Virus record (IMG/VR): IMGVR_UViG_3300005253_001115
Coordinates: 186,001 to 250,000 of that record
DNA: 64,000 bases
Direction: 5' to 3' (one strand)
Shown: piece after piece, positions 38,618 to 48,335 of the stretch
Layout: each line of letters starts with the position of its first letter
How positions within the stretch are numbered: the stretch's first letter is position 1
Made by a program: the position numbers and the translations under genes
Notes under the pieces: generated by a model
Told to the model about the DNA's origin: nothing
Seen by the model: the letters and a program-made list of their open reading frames with translations, nothing else
Database searches by the model: none

Positions 38618-38806
38618 ATGTCTAGAAAAGTCCAAATTCGGGTCGATCTCCCCCAGGAAGAATACGAGGCAGTCAAGCTGGTGGCGGGAAGCTCCGCTAG
38701 CGTCCCGGGCTACATGAGAAATGCTCTGAAGGAGCACATCGAGAGATGGCGAAGAAGTCTGGCTGGCACAAGCTCTTCGGTAGAGCCTACCACAAGGCAA
38801 CGCTAA
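38618..38806 (+). CDS. ribbon-helix-helix-like small DNA-binding protein
   Basis: KVQIRVDL strand followed by two helices (SVPGYMRNAL). Confidence 0.55.
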   Translation: MSRKVQIRVDLPQEEYEAVKLVAGSSASVPGYMRNALKEHIERWRRSLAGTSSSVEPTTRQR

Positions 38807-39036
38807 TGGCACCTGTGTATGAATATCTGTGTAACAAAGGCCACGAGACCGAGATAGAACAGCGAATCGTAGAGGATGCCCTCACGGTATGCCCTAAGAA
38901 GGGGTGCAGATGTAAGGCTAAGCGCCTGATTTCCCGAACGAATTTTCAGTTGAAGGGCAACGGCTGGTTCAACCAGGGCTACTCTGGTTCCAGCAACGTG
39001 GCCCCGACAACCAGGGCAAAAGCGAAGGGTAAATAG
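38806..39036 (+). CDS. FmdB-family zinc-ribbon protein
   Basis: MAPVYEYLC..GH...CP..GC...RLIS..FQLKG.GW. Confidence 0.8.
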   Translation: MAPVYEYLCNKGHETEIEQRIVEDALTVCPKKGCRCKAKRLISRTNFQLKGNGWFNQGYSGSSNVAPTTRAKAKGK

Positions 39037-39053
39037 GGGGTTATCTCTACGAT

Positions 39054-39416
39054 ATGTACTGGGGCGGTGTTACACCTGAAATGCTGGCAGCAATGCAGAG
39101 AGGCACCTATGTGTCTCCTGCCTCGAAGGAGGCGAAGGAGAAGGCTGAGCAAGTTGCTGCCGACGCCAAGAAAACGCCTGATGAGAAGTTGCGGGACGGG
39201 TTTCGGTCTTGCAAAGAGGCCGGAAAGAAGCTACCAAGAAGGCTCCTTGGGATCGTAGATCGCGAGACCGGAAAGATGACCGACCAGTACACTGTCATGG
39301 AAGGCCATGAGAAAGAAGTTTCCAAGATCATCATGGATGCGTTCCTAGAACAGCTTGACATTGAACTGCTGGAACGAGGCTTGATTGTAGATGAAAAGCA
39401 GGAACAAGCACGATAG
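39054..39416 (+). CDS. hypothetical protein
   Basis: 120-aa ORF. Confidence 0.6.
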   Translation: MYWGGVTPEMLAAMQRGTYVSPASKEAKEKAEQVAADAKKTPDEKLRDGFRSCKEAGKKLPRRLLGIVDRETGKMTDQYTVMEGHEKEVSKIIMDAFLEQLDIELLERGLIVDEKQEQAR

Positions 39417-39650
39417 CTCATGCGCGTACTCGGAGGGGCTAGGGCCTTCAATCCCATCGCCCGAGGGATCATGCCCCTCTATGCGCTCCACTAACCCGAT
39501 CCTGGGGACATTATCATGTCCCAGGCTCATCAAGAAGATCATCTAAAATGTCCATCACCTGAAGACAGACACCGTAGCCGCGAGCCGCCCTAGTTGTTCG
39601 ATACGATCAATGTACTCTGTACACCAATCGAACATCTAAGGAGCGCTAAA

Positions 39651-40091
39651 ATGCGTACTGAAACAATCCGTGAAAACGGCTACTTCTACATCAAAGTCAA
39701 GATCCTCTCCCTGGCCGCAGAGGCCAAAATCATCCGCAAACAAGAGCAGAAGGCTCGCGCACACGGGAATCGTTCCCTGCGCATTGGCCTTGCCGACCAC
39801 CGTCGGGGCATCGTGCGTCACGAGGCGCGTCATGCCCAACTGGCGTATGGCTTCCTTCGTGGTATGCCCTACAAGAGGATGGAGGCCAAGTGCCACCCCG
39901 GTTGTGGGCCGGACTTCGCCAAGGTGAAGTCTTCCATCGAGCGGTACGTCTGTGCCCGCCGGGAGATCGGCACAGAAGTGGACGAGTACGGCTACACTGT
40001 CACTAAGTGGGAGCCCATCGAGGAGTTCAATGCGCGTAAGGCGCAGCTCCTAGCTGACTTCGACAAGTGGGTGGCCGAAGCCAAGGCGTAG
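39651..40091 (+). CDS. conserved-looking phage hypothetical protein
   Basis: TAAGGAG SD, start MRTETI; KVKILSLAAEAKIIR...HRR..VR.EAR..LAYGFLRG. Confidence 0.7.
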   Translation: MRTETIRENGYFYIKVKILSLAAEAKIIRKQEQKARAHGNRSLRIGLADHRRGIVRHEARHAQLAYGFLRGMPYKRMEAKCHPGCGPDFAKVKSSIERYVCARREIGTEVDEYGYTVTKWEPIEEFNARKAQLLADFDKWVAEAKA

Positions 40092-40098
40092 CGAGAAG

Positions 40099-40119
40099 CC
40101 CGGGAGGGTGCCTCCCGGG
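40099..40119. terminator. hairpin between convergent genes
   Basis: CCCGGGAGG-GTG-CCTCCCGGG perfect 9-bp stem. Confidence 0.55.
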
Positions 40120-40123
40120 TTAC

Positions 40124-40753
40124 CTACCCCACGCGAGAGGTAAAGACGTACTGTGCCATCACAGTGCTTCGTCCCATGTAGCAATAGTATTCGTAGTCCC
40201 GATTGAACCAGATATCTCTTTCCTTCTGAGAAAGCTTCTCTCCCAAGTTGTGAATGAAGTCTTCGGAATTCCAGCGATCATTGGAATACGCTGGGTTATT
40301 CAGCATAACGTTGACGCATAGCATGGTATTAAACGGGCACCTGTGCATAGTGTTTACGGTCATGCTAACCAGTGCTGACGAGATAGCTGTACTGGTGGTA
40401 TCCAAATACACCAAGGCGGGGTTAAATGCTGACAGGTTCGTTGACAGCACCATATCCCACATGCCGTAAAACCATTCGGCCTCAGGCCAACACAGCCTGT
40501 TACCTAGAATGAACTCTTCATTGTTATCCACACCCCGAAGCTGCTCGGCGGTGGCCAAACCAGAAGCCACAATCTGTGCAGATTCAGAATTGGTTCTGGT
40601 TTGCTTGTTGCACAAGAACCAGTATTGGCGGTCCAGCGGAATAACGTAACCGAACACTTTCATGTACAGATTGAACAGCCACGCTCGGGCCGCTATCTTT
40701 TCATCGTTGTTGTATTCTTCTAGCATATTATGCTCCTCTGGTGTTGAAGACAT
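40124..40753 (-). CDS. hypothetical protein
   Basis: 209-aa ORF at the end of the helicase operon. Confidence 0.65.
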   Translation of the reverse strand: MSSTPEEHNMLEEYNNDEKIAARAWLFNLYMKVFGYVIPLDRQYWFLCNKQTRTNSESAQIVASGLATAEQLRGVDNNEEFILGNRLCWPEAEWFYGMWDMVLSTNLSAFNPALVYLDTTSTAISSALVSMTVNTMHRCPFNTMLCVNVMLNNPAYSNDRWNSEDFIHNLGEKLSQKERDIWFNRDYEYYCYMGRSTVMAQYVFTSRVG

Positions 40754-41594
40754 CAGTGTATCCTCGTTTTTTAGCGAGCTTCAAGAGCTTAGGTCCGTAG
40801 AGAGGCCAACCATCTTTGTTGTTCTTTTTCTTCTCTCTCATAGTAGAGAGCTTATTTCCTAGGGACTTCTCTACATGATCCTTAGAGACAGTGCTAGGAG
40901 CCCTGTCTTCGTGAGAATTCATCCACAGGAAAAGCTCTTCAGCCCATTCTAGAGCTTCACGGGTTAGATCGACCCTATTGAAAACAGCAGGGTAACCCCG
41001 TTTCTTAGCAAGCTTCATGAGCTTAGAACCATAGATAAGCCAGCCTCTTTTGTTGTTCTTTTTGATGTCTCTCATAGTAGAGAGTTTGCTTCCGAGAGCT
41101 TTCTCTACTGTGTCTTTAGACACAGCGCTAGGAGTCTTACTTTCGTGAGAATCCATCCACTCGAAAAGTTCTTCGGCCCGGGCCATAGCTACCTTGGTAA
41201 GATCGGTTCTGTTGAAGACATCAAGATAACCACGTTTTTTAGAGAGCTTTAGAAGCTCTGATCCGTAGATAGGCCAGCCCTCTTTGTTGTTCTTCTTGTT
41301 GGTTCTCATCTTAGAAAGCTTTCTACCTAGAACCTTTTCTGTCCGGTCTTTGGATTTCTGACTAGGAATCTTGCCTCCGTGGGAATCCATAAAGGAGAAA
41401 AGAGTTTTGGCCCACTCTATCGCTGAAGCAGTAAGATCCCCATCAGAGTCAGACAAGAACCACGCCAAGTCTTCGGCGTTTCTTTCCCAATACACCATGT
41501 CTTCGGGTCTATGTGAAGACGGCAAGCCTTTGTCGTACCTGTGTCTCTGGTTCCTAAGGTACACGGCGTAGTTGTCGTATGCTTCAGTGTTCAT
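40728..41594 (-). CDS. repeat protein (3 x ~78-aa helicase-associated-like repeats)
   Basis: Repeats EWAxELFxWMDSHxxKxP...EKxLGxKLSxMRxxKK...KRGYxxVFN; shared N-terminal cap. Confidence 0.8.
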   Translation of the reverse strand: MNTEAYDNYAVYLRNQRHRYDKGLPSSHRPEDMVYWERNAEDLAWFLSDSDGDLTASAIEWAKTLFSFMDSHGGKIPSQKSKDRTEKVLGRKLSKMRTNKKNNKEGWPIYGSELLKLSKKRGYLDVFNRTDLTKVAMARAEELFEWMDSHESKTPSAVSKDTVEKALGSKLSTMRDIKKNNKRGWLIYGSKLMKLAKKRGYPAVFNRVDLTREALEWAEELFLWMNSHEDRAPSTVSKDHVEKSLGNKLSTMREKKKNNKDGWPLYGPKLLKLAKKRGYTDVFNTRGA

Positions 41595-42466
41595 CTGGAG
41601 CCTCTGGTGTTGAAGACACGGGGATAACCACGTTGCTTAGCAAGCTTCAACAGTTTTGCACCGTAGGTGGTCCAACCATCTTTGTTGTTCTTTTTTCTTC
41701 TTTTCATATTAGAAAGCTTAGTTCCTAGAACCTTTTCTACTGGGTCTGTAGACATCTGGCTGGGAGCCTTTCCACCGTGGGAATCCATCCAATCAAAAAT
41801 CTCACCAGCTCCCTTTAGGGCTTCACTGTTTAGATCAATAGTGTCAAAGACATCTTGGTAACCACGTTTCTTAGCGAGCTTCAAGAGCTTAGGTCCGTAG
41901 AGTTTCCAACCACCCCTGTTGTTCTTTTTCTTCCTTCTCATGTCGGAGAGCTTACTTCCTAGAGCTTTTTCTACCGGGTCTTTAGAAGACATTCTAGGAG
42001 TTTTTTCGTCGTGAGAGTCCATCCAACCGAAAAGCTCTTTTGCCCACTCTAGAGCTTCTCTGGTTAGATCTGTGGTGTTGAAGACATCAGGGTAACCACG
42101 TTTCTTAGCGAGCGTCAGAAGCTCTGATCCGTAGGTAGTAGTCCAACCACCCCTGTTGTTCTTTTTGTTATGTCTCCAATATGACAGCTTAGTTCCTAGA
42201 ACCTTTTCTACTTGGTCTATAGACCCCTGGGTGGGAGCCTTTCCGCCGTGGGAATCCATCCAATCAAAAACCTCACCAGCTCCCCTTAGAGCTGAGGTAA
42301 CAAGTCCCACGTCAGTGTCGGACAAGAACCACGCCAAGTCCTCAGGATTCCTTTCCCAGTACACTATGTCTTCTGGTTTGTGCGAAGACGGCAAGCCGTT
42401 GTCATACCGGCGTCTCTGGTTCCTCAAGTGTAGAGCATAGTTGTCGTATTTGTCGGAGGCTAGCAT
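41591..42466 (-). CDS. repeat protein (3 x ~78-aa helicase-associated-like repeats)
   Basis: Paralog of both neighbours. Confidence 0.8.
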   Translation of the reverse strand: MLASDKYDNYALHLRNQRRRYDNGLPSSHKPEDIVYWERNPEDLAWFLSDTDVGLVTSALRGAGEVFDWMDSHGGKAPTQGSIDQVEKVLGTKLSYWRHNKKNNRGGWTTTYGSELLTLAKKRGYPDVFNTTDLTREALEWAKELFGWMDSHDEKTPRMSSKDPVEKALGSKLSDMRRKKKNNRGGWKLYGPKLLKLAKKRGYQDVFDTIDLNSEALKGAGEIFDWMDSHGGKAPSQMSTDPVEKVLGTKLSNMKRRKKNNKDGWTTYGAKLLKLAKQRGYPRVFNTRGSR

Positions 42467-43818
42467 TTGGAGCCTCCGGTATTGAAGACACAGGGGTAAC
42501 CTCGTTGCTTGGCGAGCTTCAGAAGCTTAGAACCGTAGGTGGTCCAACCATTTTTGTTGTTCTTTTTGTTCTTTCTCATATTGGAGAGCTTAATCCCTAA
42601 AGCCTTTTCTACTGGGTCTTTGGACCTCCTGCTAGGAAATTTCTCTTCGTGAGCATACATCCAATCGAAAAGTTCGTCAGCCCACTCTAGAGCCTCGCTG
42701 GTTAGATCAACCCTGTTGAAGACACGGGGGTAACCACGTTTCTTAGCAAGCTTCAAGAGCTTAGAGCCGTAGGTAGTCCAGCCATCTTTGTTGTTCTTTT
42801 TGTTCTTTCTCATATTGGAGAGCTTACTGATAAGAGCTTTTTCCACTGGATCTTTGGACCTTTCCTTAGGAACTTTGCCTCCATGGGAAGCCATCCAATC
42901 AAAAAGCTCCTCTGCCCATATTAGAGCCTCGCTGGTTAGATCAACCCTGTTGAAGACACGGGGGTAACCACGTTTCTTAGCAAGCTTCAAGAGCTTAGAA
43001 CCATAGGTAGTCCATCCTCTATCGTTATTCTTTTTGATCTGTTTCATAGCGGAGAGCTTGACCCCTAAAGACTTTTCTACAGGGTCTTTAGCCGTCGTAA
43101 TTGGAGCTTTACCTTCGTGCGAGTCCATCCAAAGGAAAAGCTCTTCAGCCCACTCTAGAGCGTTATAGGTTAGATCAGCCATGTTGAAAACATCAGGATA
43201 ATCACGTTTCTTAGCAAGCTTCAGAAGCTCTGATCCGTAGATGGGCCAGCCTCTATTGTTGCTCATTTGATTCTGCCTCATAGTAGAAAGCTTACTACCT
43301 AGAGATTTTTCTATAAGATCTTTGGACTTCTTGCTAGGAAGCTTGTCCTCGTGCGAGTCCATCCAAAGGAAAAGCTCTTCAGCCCACTCTAGAGTTTCGC
43401 TGATGGGGTCACGACTATTGAAAACATCAGGATAACCCCGCTTCTTAGCGCTCTTTAAGAGGCTGGAACCGTAGGTAGTCCAACCATTTTTGTTGCTTTT
43501 TTTATCTTGTTTCGTATTGGAGAGCTTACTACCTAGAGCTTTTTCTACAGGGTCTTTGCTTCCATCGCGGGGAGCCTTGCCCTCGTTAGAGTCCATCCAA
43601 AGGAAAAGCTCTTCAGCCCGCTCTAGAGCTGAAGCGGTAAGGTCCCCACTAGAGTCAGACAAGAACCATGCTAGGTCTTCGGCGTTTCTTTCCCAGTACA
43701 CGATGTCTTCGGGTATGTGAGAAGATGGCAAGCCATTTTCGTACCTGACACGCTCGTTGCGCAGGAACTTAGCCTTGGCGTCGAAAAAGTCTTCCTTGCT
43801 CTTCTCAGTCCTACGCAT
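42460..43818 (-). CDS. repeat protein (5 x ~78-aa helicase-associated-like repeats)
   Basis: 234-nt periodicity (e.g. 42487, 42721, 42955). Confidence 0.82.
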   Translation of the reverse strand: MRRTEKSKEDFFDAKAKFLRNERVRYENGLPSSHIPEDIVYWERNAEDLAWFLSDSSGDLTASALERAEELFLWMDSNEGKAPRDGSKDPVEKALGSKLSNTKQDKKSNKNGWTTYGSSLLKSAKKRGYPDVFNSRDPISETLEWAEELFLWMDSHEDKLPSKKSKDLIEKSLGSKLSTMRQNQMSNNRGWPIYGSELLKLAKKRDYPDVFNMADLTYNALEWAEELFLWMDSHEGKAPITTAKDPVEKSLGVKLSAMKQIKKNNDRGWTTYGSKLLKLAKKRGYPRVFNRVDLTSEALIWAEELFDWMASHGGKVPKERSKDPVEKALISKLSNMRKNKKNNKDGWTTYGSKLLKLAKKRGYPRVFNRVDLTSEALEWADELFDWMYAHEEKFPSRRSKDPVEKALGIKLSNMRKNKKNNKNGWTTYGSKLLKLAKQRGYPCVFNTGGSKC

Positions 43819-45697
43819 TGGAGGGCCTTATTCTCTTACGGTCCCAGAACTCATCACGCCAGTCCTTGCAAATTTCGTAGAACTTCTTCAACTCTTTCTC
43901 TGAAAAGCTTCCGTAGTGTGTGGTCTTGTCCTTATCAATCCTCTCGAACAACACCTCACCGTATTTCTTCAAGAACTCAGCAAGCTCTTTGTAGCAGGCC
44001 ACACGGATCTTCTTGGCACCGAACAAATTCAAGAGCTTGAGCTTGAAATGGTCGGCAGCATGCTGCATGTGCTCCTCTGGGGTGTTGTATTGCACCAAGA
44101 GCTTCTCGATAAACAGGACTATATGCTCCATGTCCGTCAGACCCTCGGGCTTCGGGGCACATCTATACTCTTCCAGAACAGCCCCCAGAAGCCTCTGGTA
44201 CACCTCATGACCGTACATATCCTCGATTGTAGTGGCGTCGGGATCGCTCTCGCCCCGAGCTGACTTAGTTTTCATCGAAGGCAGCATACAAGGGTACGCC
44301 AAATTATCAACAATCAGGAAGAACAGCAGAATACGAGTACGGTGCCCCAGAAGCTCCGCTCGGCTAGAGCAGCCTTTAGGGATTACGAACTTGGGAATGT
44401 AAGCCACGTACTTGACTGTAGTCTTTCCGTGAAACGATCGGAACATTCGACCCATCGTCTGGATGTTGTTCGTAATGGACTTCTTGGGAGCCGACTCGTG
44501 AATACGGTCGCAAATGACCCAATCTGTACCCTCACGCACGATGTCGCAAGCAACCACGATGTCGAAAGCGTGCGCGTCCCCTCGCTGGAGAGCTTCGTTG
44601 TCCTCCAGCAAAAGGTGCTTGTTAAAGTCTCGTTCGGATGCTGACAACCCTTCTCTGATTACCAGATCACAAATTCGCCCAGGCTTTAGAGCCTTGAGCC
44701 CTTTGATTAGCTTTCGCAGTAGCTTTTCTCCCTTGGCACCCTTCCTCCACGCTTCTCCCGTTCGCGGACAAGGCAGCAGGTGATATCTGTTAGGCTCCTG
44801 TGCTACAGCGTCAAGCATCATCTGCACAGGGTCTCTATTGTACTCCGTGTATTCCATCTTGAATGATCGAATACCCAAAGTCTTCCAGTTGTCCAGCCAT
44901 TTGTGTTCGTACACCGTGAACTGTACGTCGTCCGGGAAGATCTTCTGGCAATCCCCACGAAACGGAGTAGCAGTGCTGTAGCAGACCTTGTACGACTTGC
45001 ACCGGCTAGCGAACAAAAACCGATAGAATCGCCCCAGACCGTTAATGTCTGATTCGTCAGAAGAGGCAATGTGGTGCATTTCGTCGGGGCGGAATGTGGT
45101 GTTCTTGGGGATGCTATTGAGGCGCGCTCTTGCGGCCTTTCGCTCAGCCGCGCTCCCTTCCAGGGTCCGTGCCACCAATCTGTCGAACACAGCAACCAGT
45201 AGCGCATTTGAACATACTGCCACGAGCCCCCTGAAGCTGTCAGGGTCCTTACATGCTCCACGCTTTGCGGCGGACGTAAGGCACATCCAGTGCTCCAGAG
45301 CGTCCATCTTGGACTCTAAAGAGGAAAAGTCTCGCGTGAAGTTCTCGCTGTCGCTCACCATGTATTTGTATACTGGACCATCAACATCAAATTGGAAGTC
45401 TTGCTTCTTGACGAAGCCGAAGCCAATGTGCAGTTGGGGGACTGGGATCAACTGGGCTTGGGTGAAGTTACTATCCACCATGTCTAGAATTGACATGAAG
45501 ATCTGAAATGTGGTCTTACCACATCCGCAGGGTGCAATTATCCCACACAAGCGGCAGCCATGCAGAGCTTCAACGCCCATTCGCTGCCATTCGCGAGGCC
45601 AACGCTTCTTCATGTATTCGGAGAAAGAGGGGAGTGGAGGCTTGTGCAGTTTCCAGTCCGGGTTGTCCAGAGCAACTGTAGCGAGATTCTTTGGCAT
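43811..45697 (-). CDS. superfamily 2 helicase
   Basis: APCGCGKTT, DEMHH, STATPFRGD, VREGTDW, QTMGRMFR. Confidence 0.85.
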   Translation of the reverse strand: MPKNLATVALDNPDWKLHKPPLPSFSEYMKKRWPREWQRMGVEALHGCRLCGIIAPCGCGKTTFQIFMSILDMVDSNFTQAQLIPVPQLHIGFGFVKKQDFQFDVDGPVYKYMVSDSENFTRDFSSLESKMDALEHWMCLTSAAKRGACKDPDSFRGLVAVCSNALLVAVFDRLVARTLEGSAAERKAARARLNSIPKNTTFRPDEMHHIASSDESDINGLGRFYRFLFASRCKSYKVCYSTATPFRGDCQKIFPDDVQFTVYEHKWLDNWKTLGIRSFKMEYTEYNRDPVQMMLDAVAQEPNRYHLLPCPRTGEAWRKGAKGEKLLRKLIKGLKALKPGRICDLVIREGLSASERDFNKHLLLEDNEALQRGDAHAFDIVVACDIVREGTDWVICDRIHESAPKKSITNNIQTMGRMFRSFHGKTTVKYVAYIPKFVIPKGCSSRAELLGHRTRILLFFLIVDNLAYPCMLPSMKTKSARGESDPDATTIEDMYGHEVYQRLLGAVLEEYRCAPKPEGLTDMEHIVLFIEKLLVQYNTPEEHMQHAADHFKLKLLNLFGAKKIRVACYKELAEFLKKYGEVLFERIDKDKTTHYGSFSEKELKKFYEICKDWRDEFWDRKRIRPSNA

Positions 45698-45761
45698 GTC
45701 AGGTATATCGACCCCGAGCTGAGAATCTTGAGCTAAATCTTAGACAAGTGGCTGCTGAGAC

Positions 45762-45791
45762 GAAAGAAACGGCCCCGGGAGACCGGGGGCC
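45762..45791 (-). terminator. putative intrinsic terminator after the ParB-like gene
   Basis: Minus strand GGCCCCCGG-TCTC-CCGGGGCC followed by GTTTCTTTC. Confidence 0.5.
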
Positions 45792-45804
45792 ACGGGCGCG
45801 TCGC

Positions 45805-46830
45805 CTAGGAAAGGAGCTTTTCAATCCTCTCTTCCGTTCGTTCGCGCTTCCCGCTCTTTCCCGACGTGATGTCAGGGATCAACCCATCCAGCTTGAAGCC
45901 GTGCTTGTTGAGCTTCGCCGCGAAAATCTTCGTGGACCGGACGCTCAGGCACTTTTTGCCAGCGACGTGCCACATCATCAGCAGCCCGATGAAAGCCGTC
46001 TTTTTGAGAGGGATGGCACCAGAGTTCTTGTCCACATTGGCGCAAACACCCTCGATCCACTGCATCGCAGCAATGATCTTCTGGCGATTGGCGGGGGAAA
46101 GGCCAACAGGGGAGACGGTAGCGGACTCGCCTGCCTGCGGACCCACCTGACTACGCAAAGGAAACACATCTGAATAGTTGCCGGATACGGGAACGCTTCC
46201 CCTGGTCGCCAGGTACTCGATGATGTAAGCAAGCTGGATGGTCTCCGTCTTTCCTACTTGGGCGATGCCCGCCCTGATCGCCATGTCTAGGATGATATCC
46301 CCGTAGCGAAGAAGGGGATTGGAGGTCTTCTCACCCGTGTTGTGCGACCGGTTGGTATTGAGGATCGAGTAGACTTGCTGGAACTCCGTAGCAGGAACAA
46401 TGGAAAGCGAAACAACAGTCCGCAGGTCGGAGGCCGACAACACACCTGCCTCGTAGGCTGCCATCAGCCCGCCAATGGTTCGATTGTGTCCATCAGCCAG
46501 CTTGATGTAAGGCTTTCCCTGCTCGTCCTTGAACACGGCCCCTGTGATTTGTCCGAAGGCTGCCGCACAGAAGTCCGAGACCATCTTTTTGATGAGCCTG
46601 GGACTGAATTGGTCTCCAGTCCCTCGATTGAACTCGAACGGCTTGATGCGCCTGTGAATGATGTTCTGGATCAGAGCGTCCAGAGTAAACACCCAAAGGT
46701 TTTTGGAGCCACCTTCTTTGATAGAAGCCGCTTTGGCGAAGCCAGGAGTGAGGGGAAAATCGTGCAGACAGTCGAACCCTTTGATGGCTTTCGCAGCCGC
46801 TTCTACGTCAATGTAGGTCTTACCACTCAT
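45805..46830 (-). CDS. ParB/Srx-like (DGQHR-type) domain protein
   Basis: FNR motif, then LADGHNR, then LN motif typical of DUF262/DGQHR-type ParB-fold proteins. Confidence 0.6.
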   Translation of the reverse strand: MSGKTYIDVEAAAKAIKGFDCLHDFPLTPGFAKAASIKEGGSKNLWVFTLDALIQNIIHRRIKPFEFNRGTGDQFSPRLIKKMVSDFCAAAFGQITGAVFKDEQGKPYIKLADGHNRTIGGLMAAYEAGVLSASDLRTVVSLSIVPATEFQQVYSILNTNRSHNTGEKTSNPLLRYGDIILDMAIRAGIAQVGKTETIQLAYIIEYLATRGSVPVSGNYSDVFPLRSQVGPQAGESATVSPVGLSPANRQKIIAAMQWIEGVCANVDKNSGAIPLKKTAFIGLLMMWHVAGKKCLSVRSTKIFAAKLNKHGFKLDGLIPDITSGKSGKRERTEERIEKLLS

Positions 46831-47585
46831 CCTTGTTCTCCTTCGGCTTTCAGCCTATTTTCAGCAATTTCAAAAAAACTCTCGTCCATCTCGAAACCCA
46901 GTCCAACCCTGTTGGTTCTCTGGGCTGCCAGAAGCGTCGTACCCGATCCTGCGAATGGATCGAGCACTGTAGCACCTTCTTGGGTCATCCACAAGAGGAA
47001 TTGTTTAGCGAGCGCCACCGGTTTCTGTGTGGGGTGTCCGCACTTCTCCTTGCTTCCCAGAGTAAACACCCAATCTTCAATCTCCGATATTCTCTTGCGC
47101 TCTACTAACTCACCTTTCCTCTTCACATCTATGGGGTTGAGAGAAGGCTTGCCTTTGGCAAGGTAGATAATTGGTTCCCAGTCCCGCTTCGCGGCACCTT
47201 TCAAATCACCGCCGATAGCGAACCGCTTGTTCCAGGCGATTGTTCCTTTGTACGTGAACCCCGACCGTTTTATGTTCTCCCAACGCTGTCCCAAGAAGGG
47301 CGGATTAGCGTGCAGCACGCAATAACTGTCGTCTTTCAACACCCTGAAGCACTCTGAGAAGAAGTCGTCCCAGGCAATAGCGGCGTTCTCTTCCGGTTCG
47401 TCCCCCGCGATGGGTTTTGAGAAACGGCTCTTAGATTCGCCGGATTTGTTCCAATTTTTCGATCCGGGTATATTTGAAACGTACCCAAGGCCATACGGTG
47501 GGTCCGTCAATACCAGATCCACAGACCCCTCTGTCACCTTCGGCAACAGGTCTTCCCACCTACCCCAGTGCATTCCGTTTAGCAT
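46827..47585 (-). CDS. beta-class N4-C/N6-A DNA methyltransferase
   Basis: VDLVLTDPPY, IAWNK, HPTQKP, VLDPFAGSGTT. Confidence 0.92.
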   Translation of the reverse strand: MLNGMHWGRWEDLLPKVTEGSVDLVLTDPPYGLGYVSNIPGSKNWNKSGESKSRFSKPIAGDEPEENAAIAWDDFFSECFRVLKDDSYCVLHANPPFLGQRWENIKRSGFTYKGTIAWNKRFAIGGDLKGAAKRDWEPIIYLAKGKPSLNPIDVKRKGELVERKRISEIEDWVFTLGSKEKCGHPTQKPVALAKQFLLWMTQEGATVLDPFAGSGTTLLAAQRTNRVGLGFEMDESFFEIAENRLKAEGEQG

Positions 47586-47598
47586 ACTCCTCTTTAGT

Positions 47599-48318
47599 CT
47601 ACCACTCTACAAGAGTGCCGAGGGATGTTTTTGCTTCTTCAAGAATCTTCTCCGCTTCCTCCAAAGAAGTAAAAGTGCCAAGAGAAAGGACAACCCGGTA
47701 CTGGTCTTCGAGCCCAGCCACCCGTTTTTTTCCTTTGTGGCTAAGGGGTTTTGTGGTAGCTTTTTGCCTGTAAATCCCCGGAGGTAAATCTCTGTTAAGG
47801 GTTGTGCGCCTGTTGAGTGTTTGTTGCCTATGTGTTGCCCACCGCAAATTACCGGGTTCATAGTTTCCGTCGTTGTTAATTCGATCAAGAGAGTGCTCTT
47901 CGGGGCGTGGTCCCAGGTTTTCCTCCAGCCACCGTATAAACGCGCCTGCGTCGTCTATCCACGGCTCATACATCTTAATGCCACGAGCACTGTAGTAGGC
48001 ATGATACTTGCGACTTTTTCCACCACATCTTTCTTTAATGGAACACCACAGAGAGTACATAGGATTCTTTCCTCCTACTGGACTATATCCGTGCTTCTGT
48101 CTGTGCATATTTGCGCCGCAACTTTTGGTTACACCACTCACACAATTGCCCAAATATACAATTTTCTCGACACCGCATTCACATATAGTGGCGACCTGAC
48201 GACCGTTCTTTATTGTGGGAAACACCTCGTGTAGTACGGTCAGGGTTCCATAGACATTCCCCACCACATCCTTAGGCAAGGAACTACGTCGGCGCTTCCA
48301 GTTTTCTCCTCGGGGCAT
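47599..48318 (-). CDS. HNH homing endonuclease with AP2-like C-terminus
   Basis: CECG...SCG, Y..RGI, SLDRINNDGNYEPGNLRWAT, LGTFTSLEEA; start probably MPRGEN. Confidence 0.85.
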   Translation of the reverse strand: MPRGENWKRRRSSLPKDVVGNVYGTLTVLHEVFPTIKNGRQVATICECGVEKIVYLGNCVSGVTKSCGANMHRQKHGYSPVGGKNPMYSLWCSIKERCGGKSRKYHAYYSARGIKMYEPWIDDAGAFIRWLEENLGPRPEEHSLDRINNDGNYEPGNLRWATHRQQTLNRRTTLNRDLPPGIYRQKATTKPLSHKGKKRVAGLEDQYRVVLSLGTFTSLEEAEKILEEAKTSLGTLVEW

Positions 48319-48335
48319 GTAAATTCCTAGTTCGC

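Noticed and set aside
40728-43818. Diversity-generating retroelement explanation for the repeat variation
   Set aside because: There is no reverse transcriptase in the window, and the variation is not adenine-specific as far as I can see.
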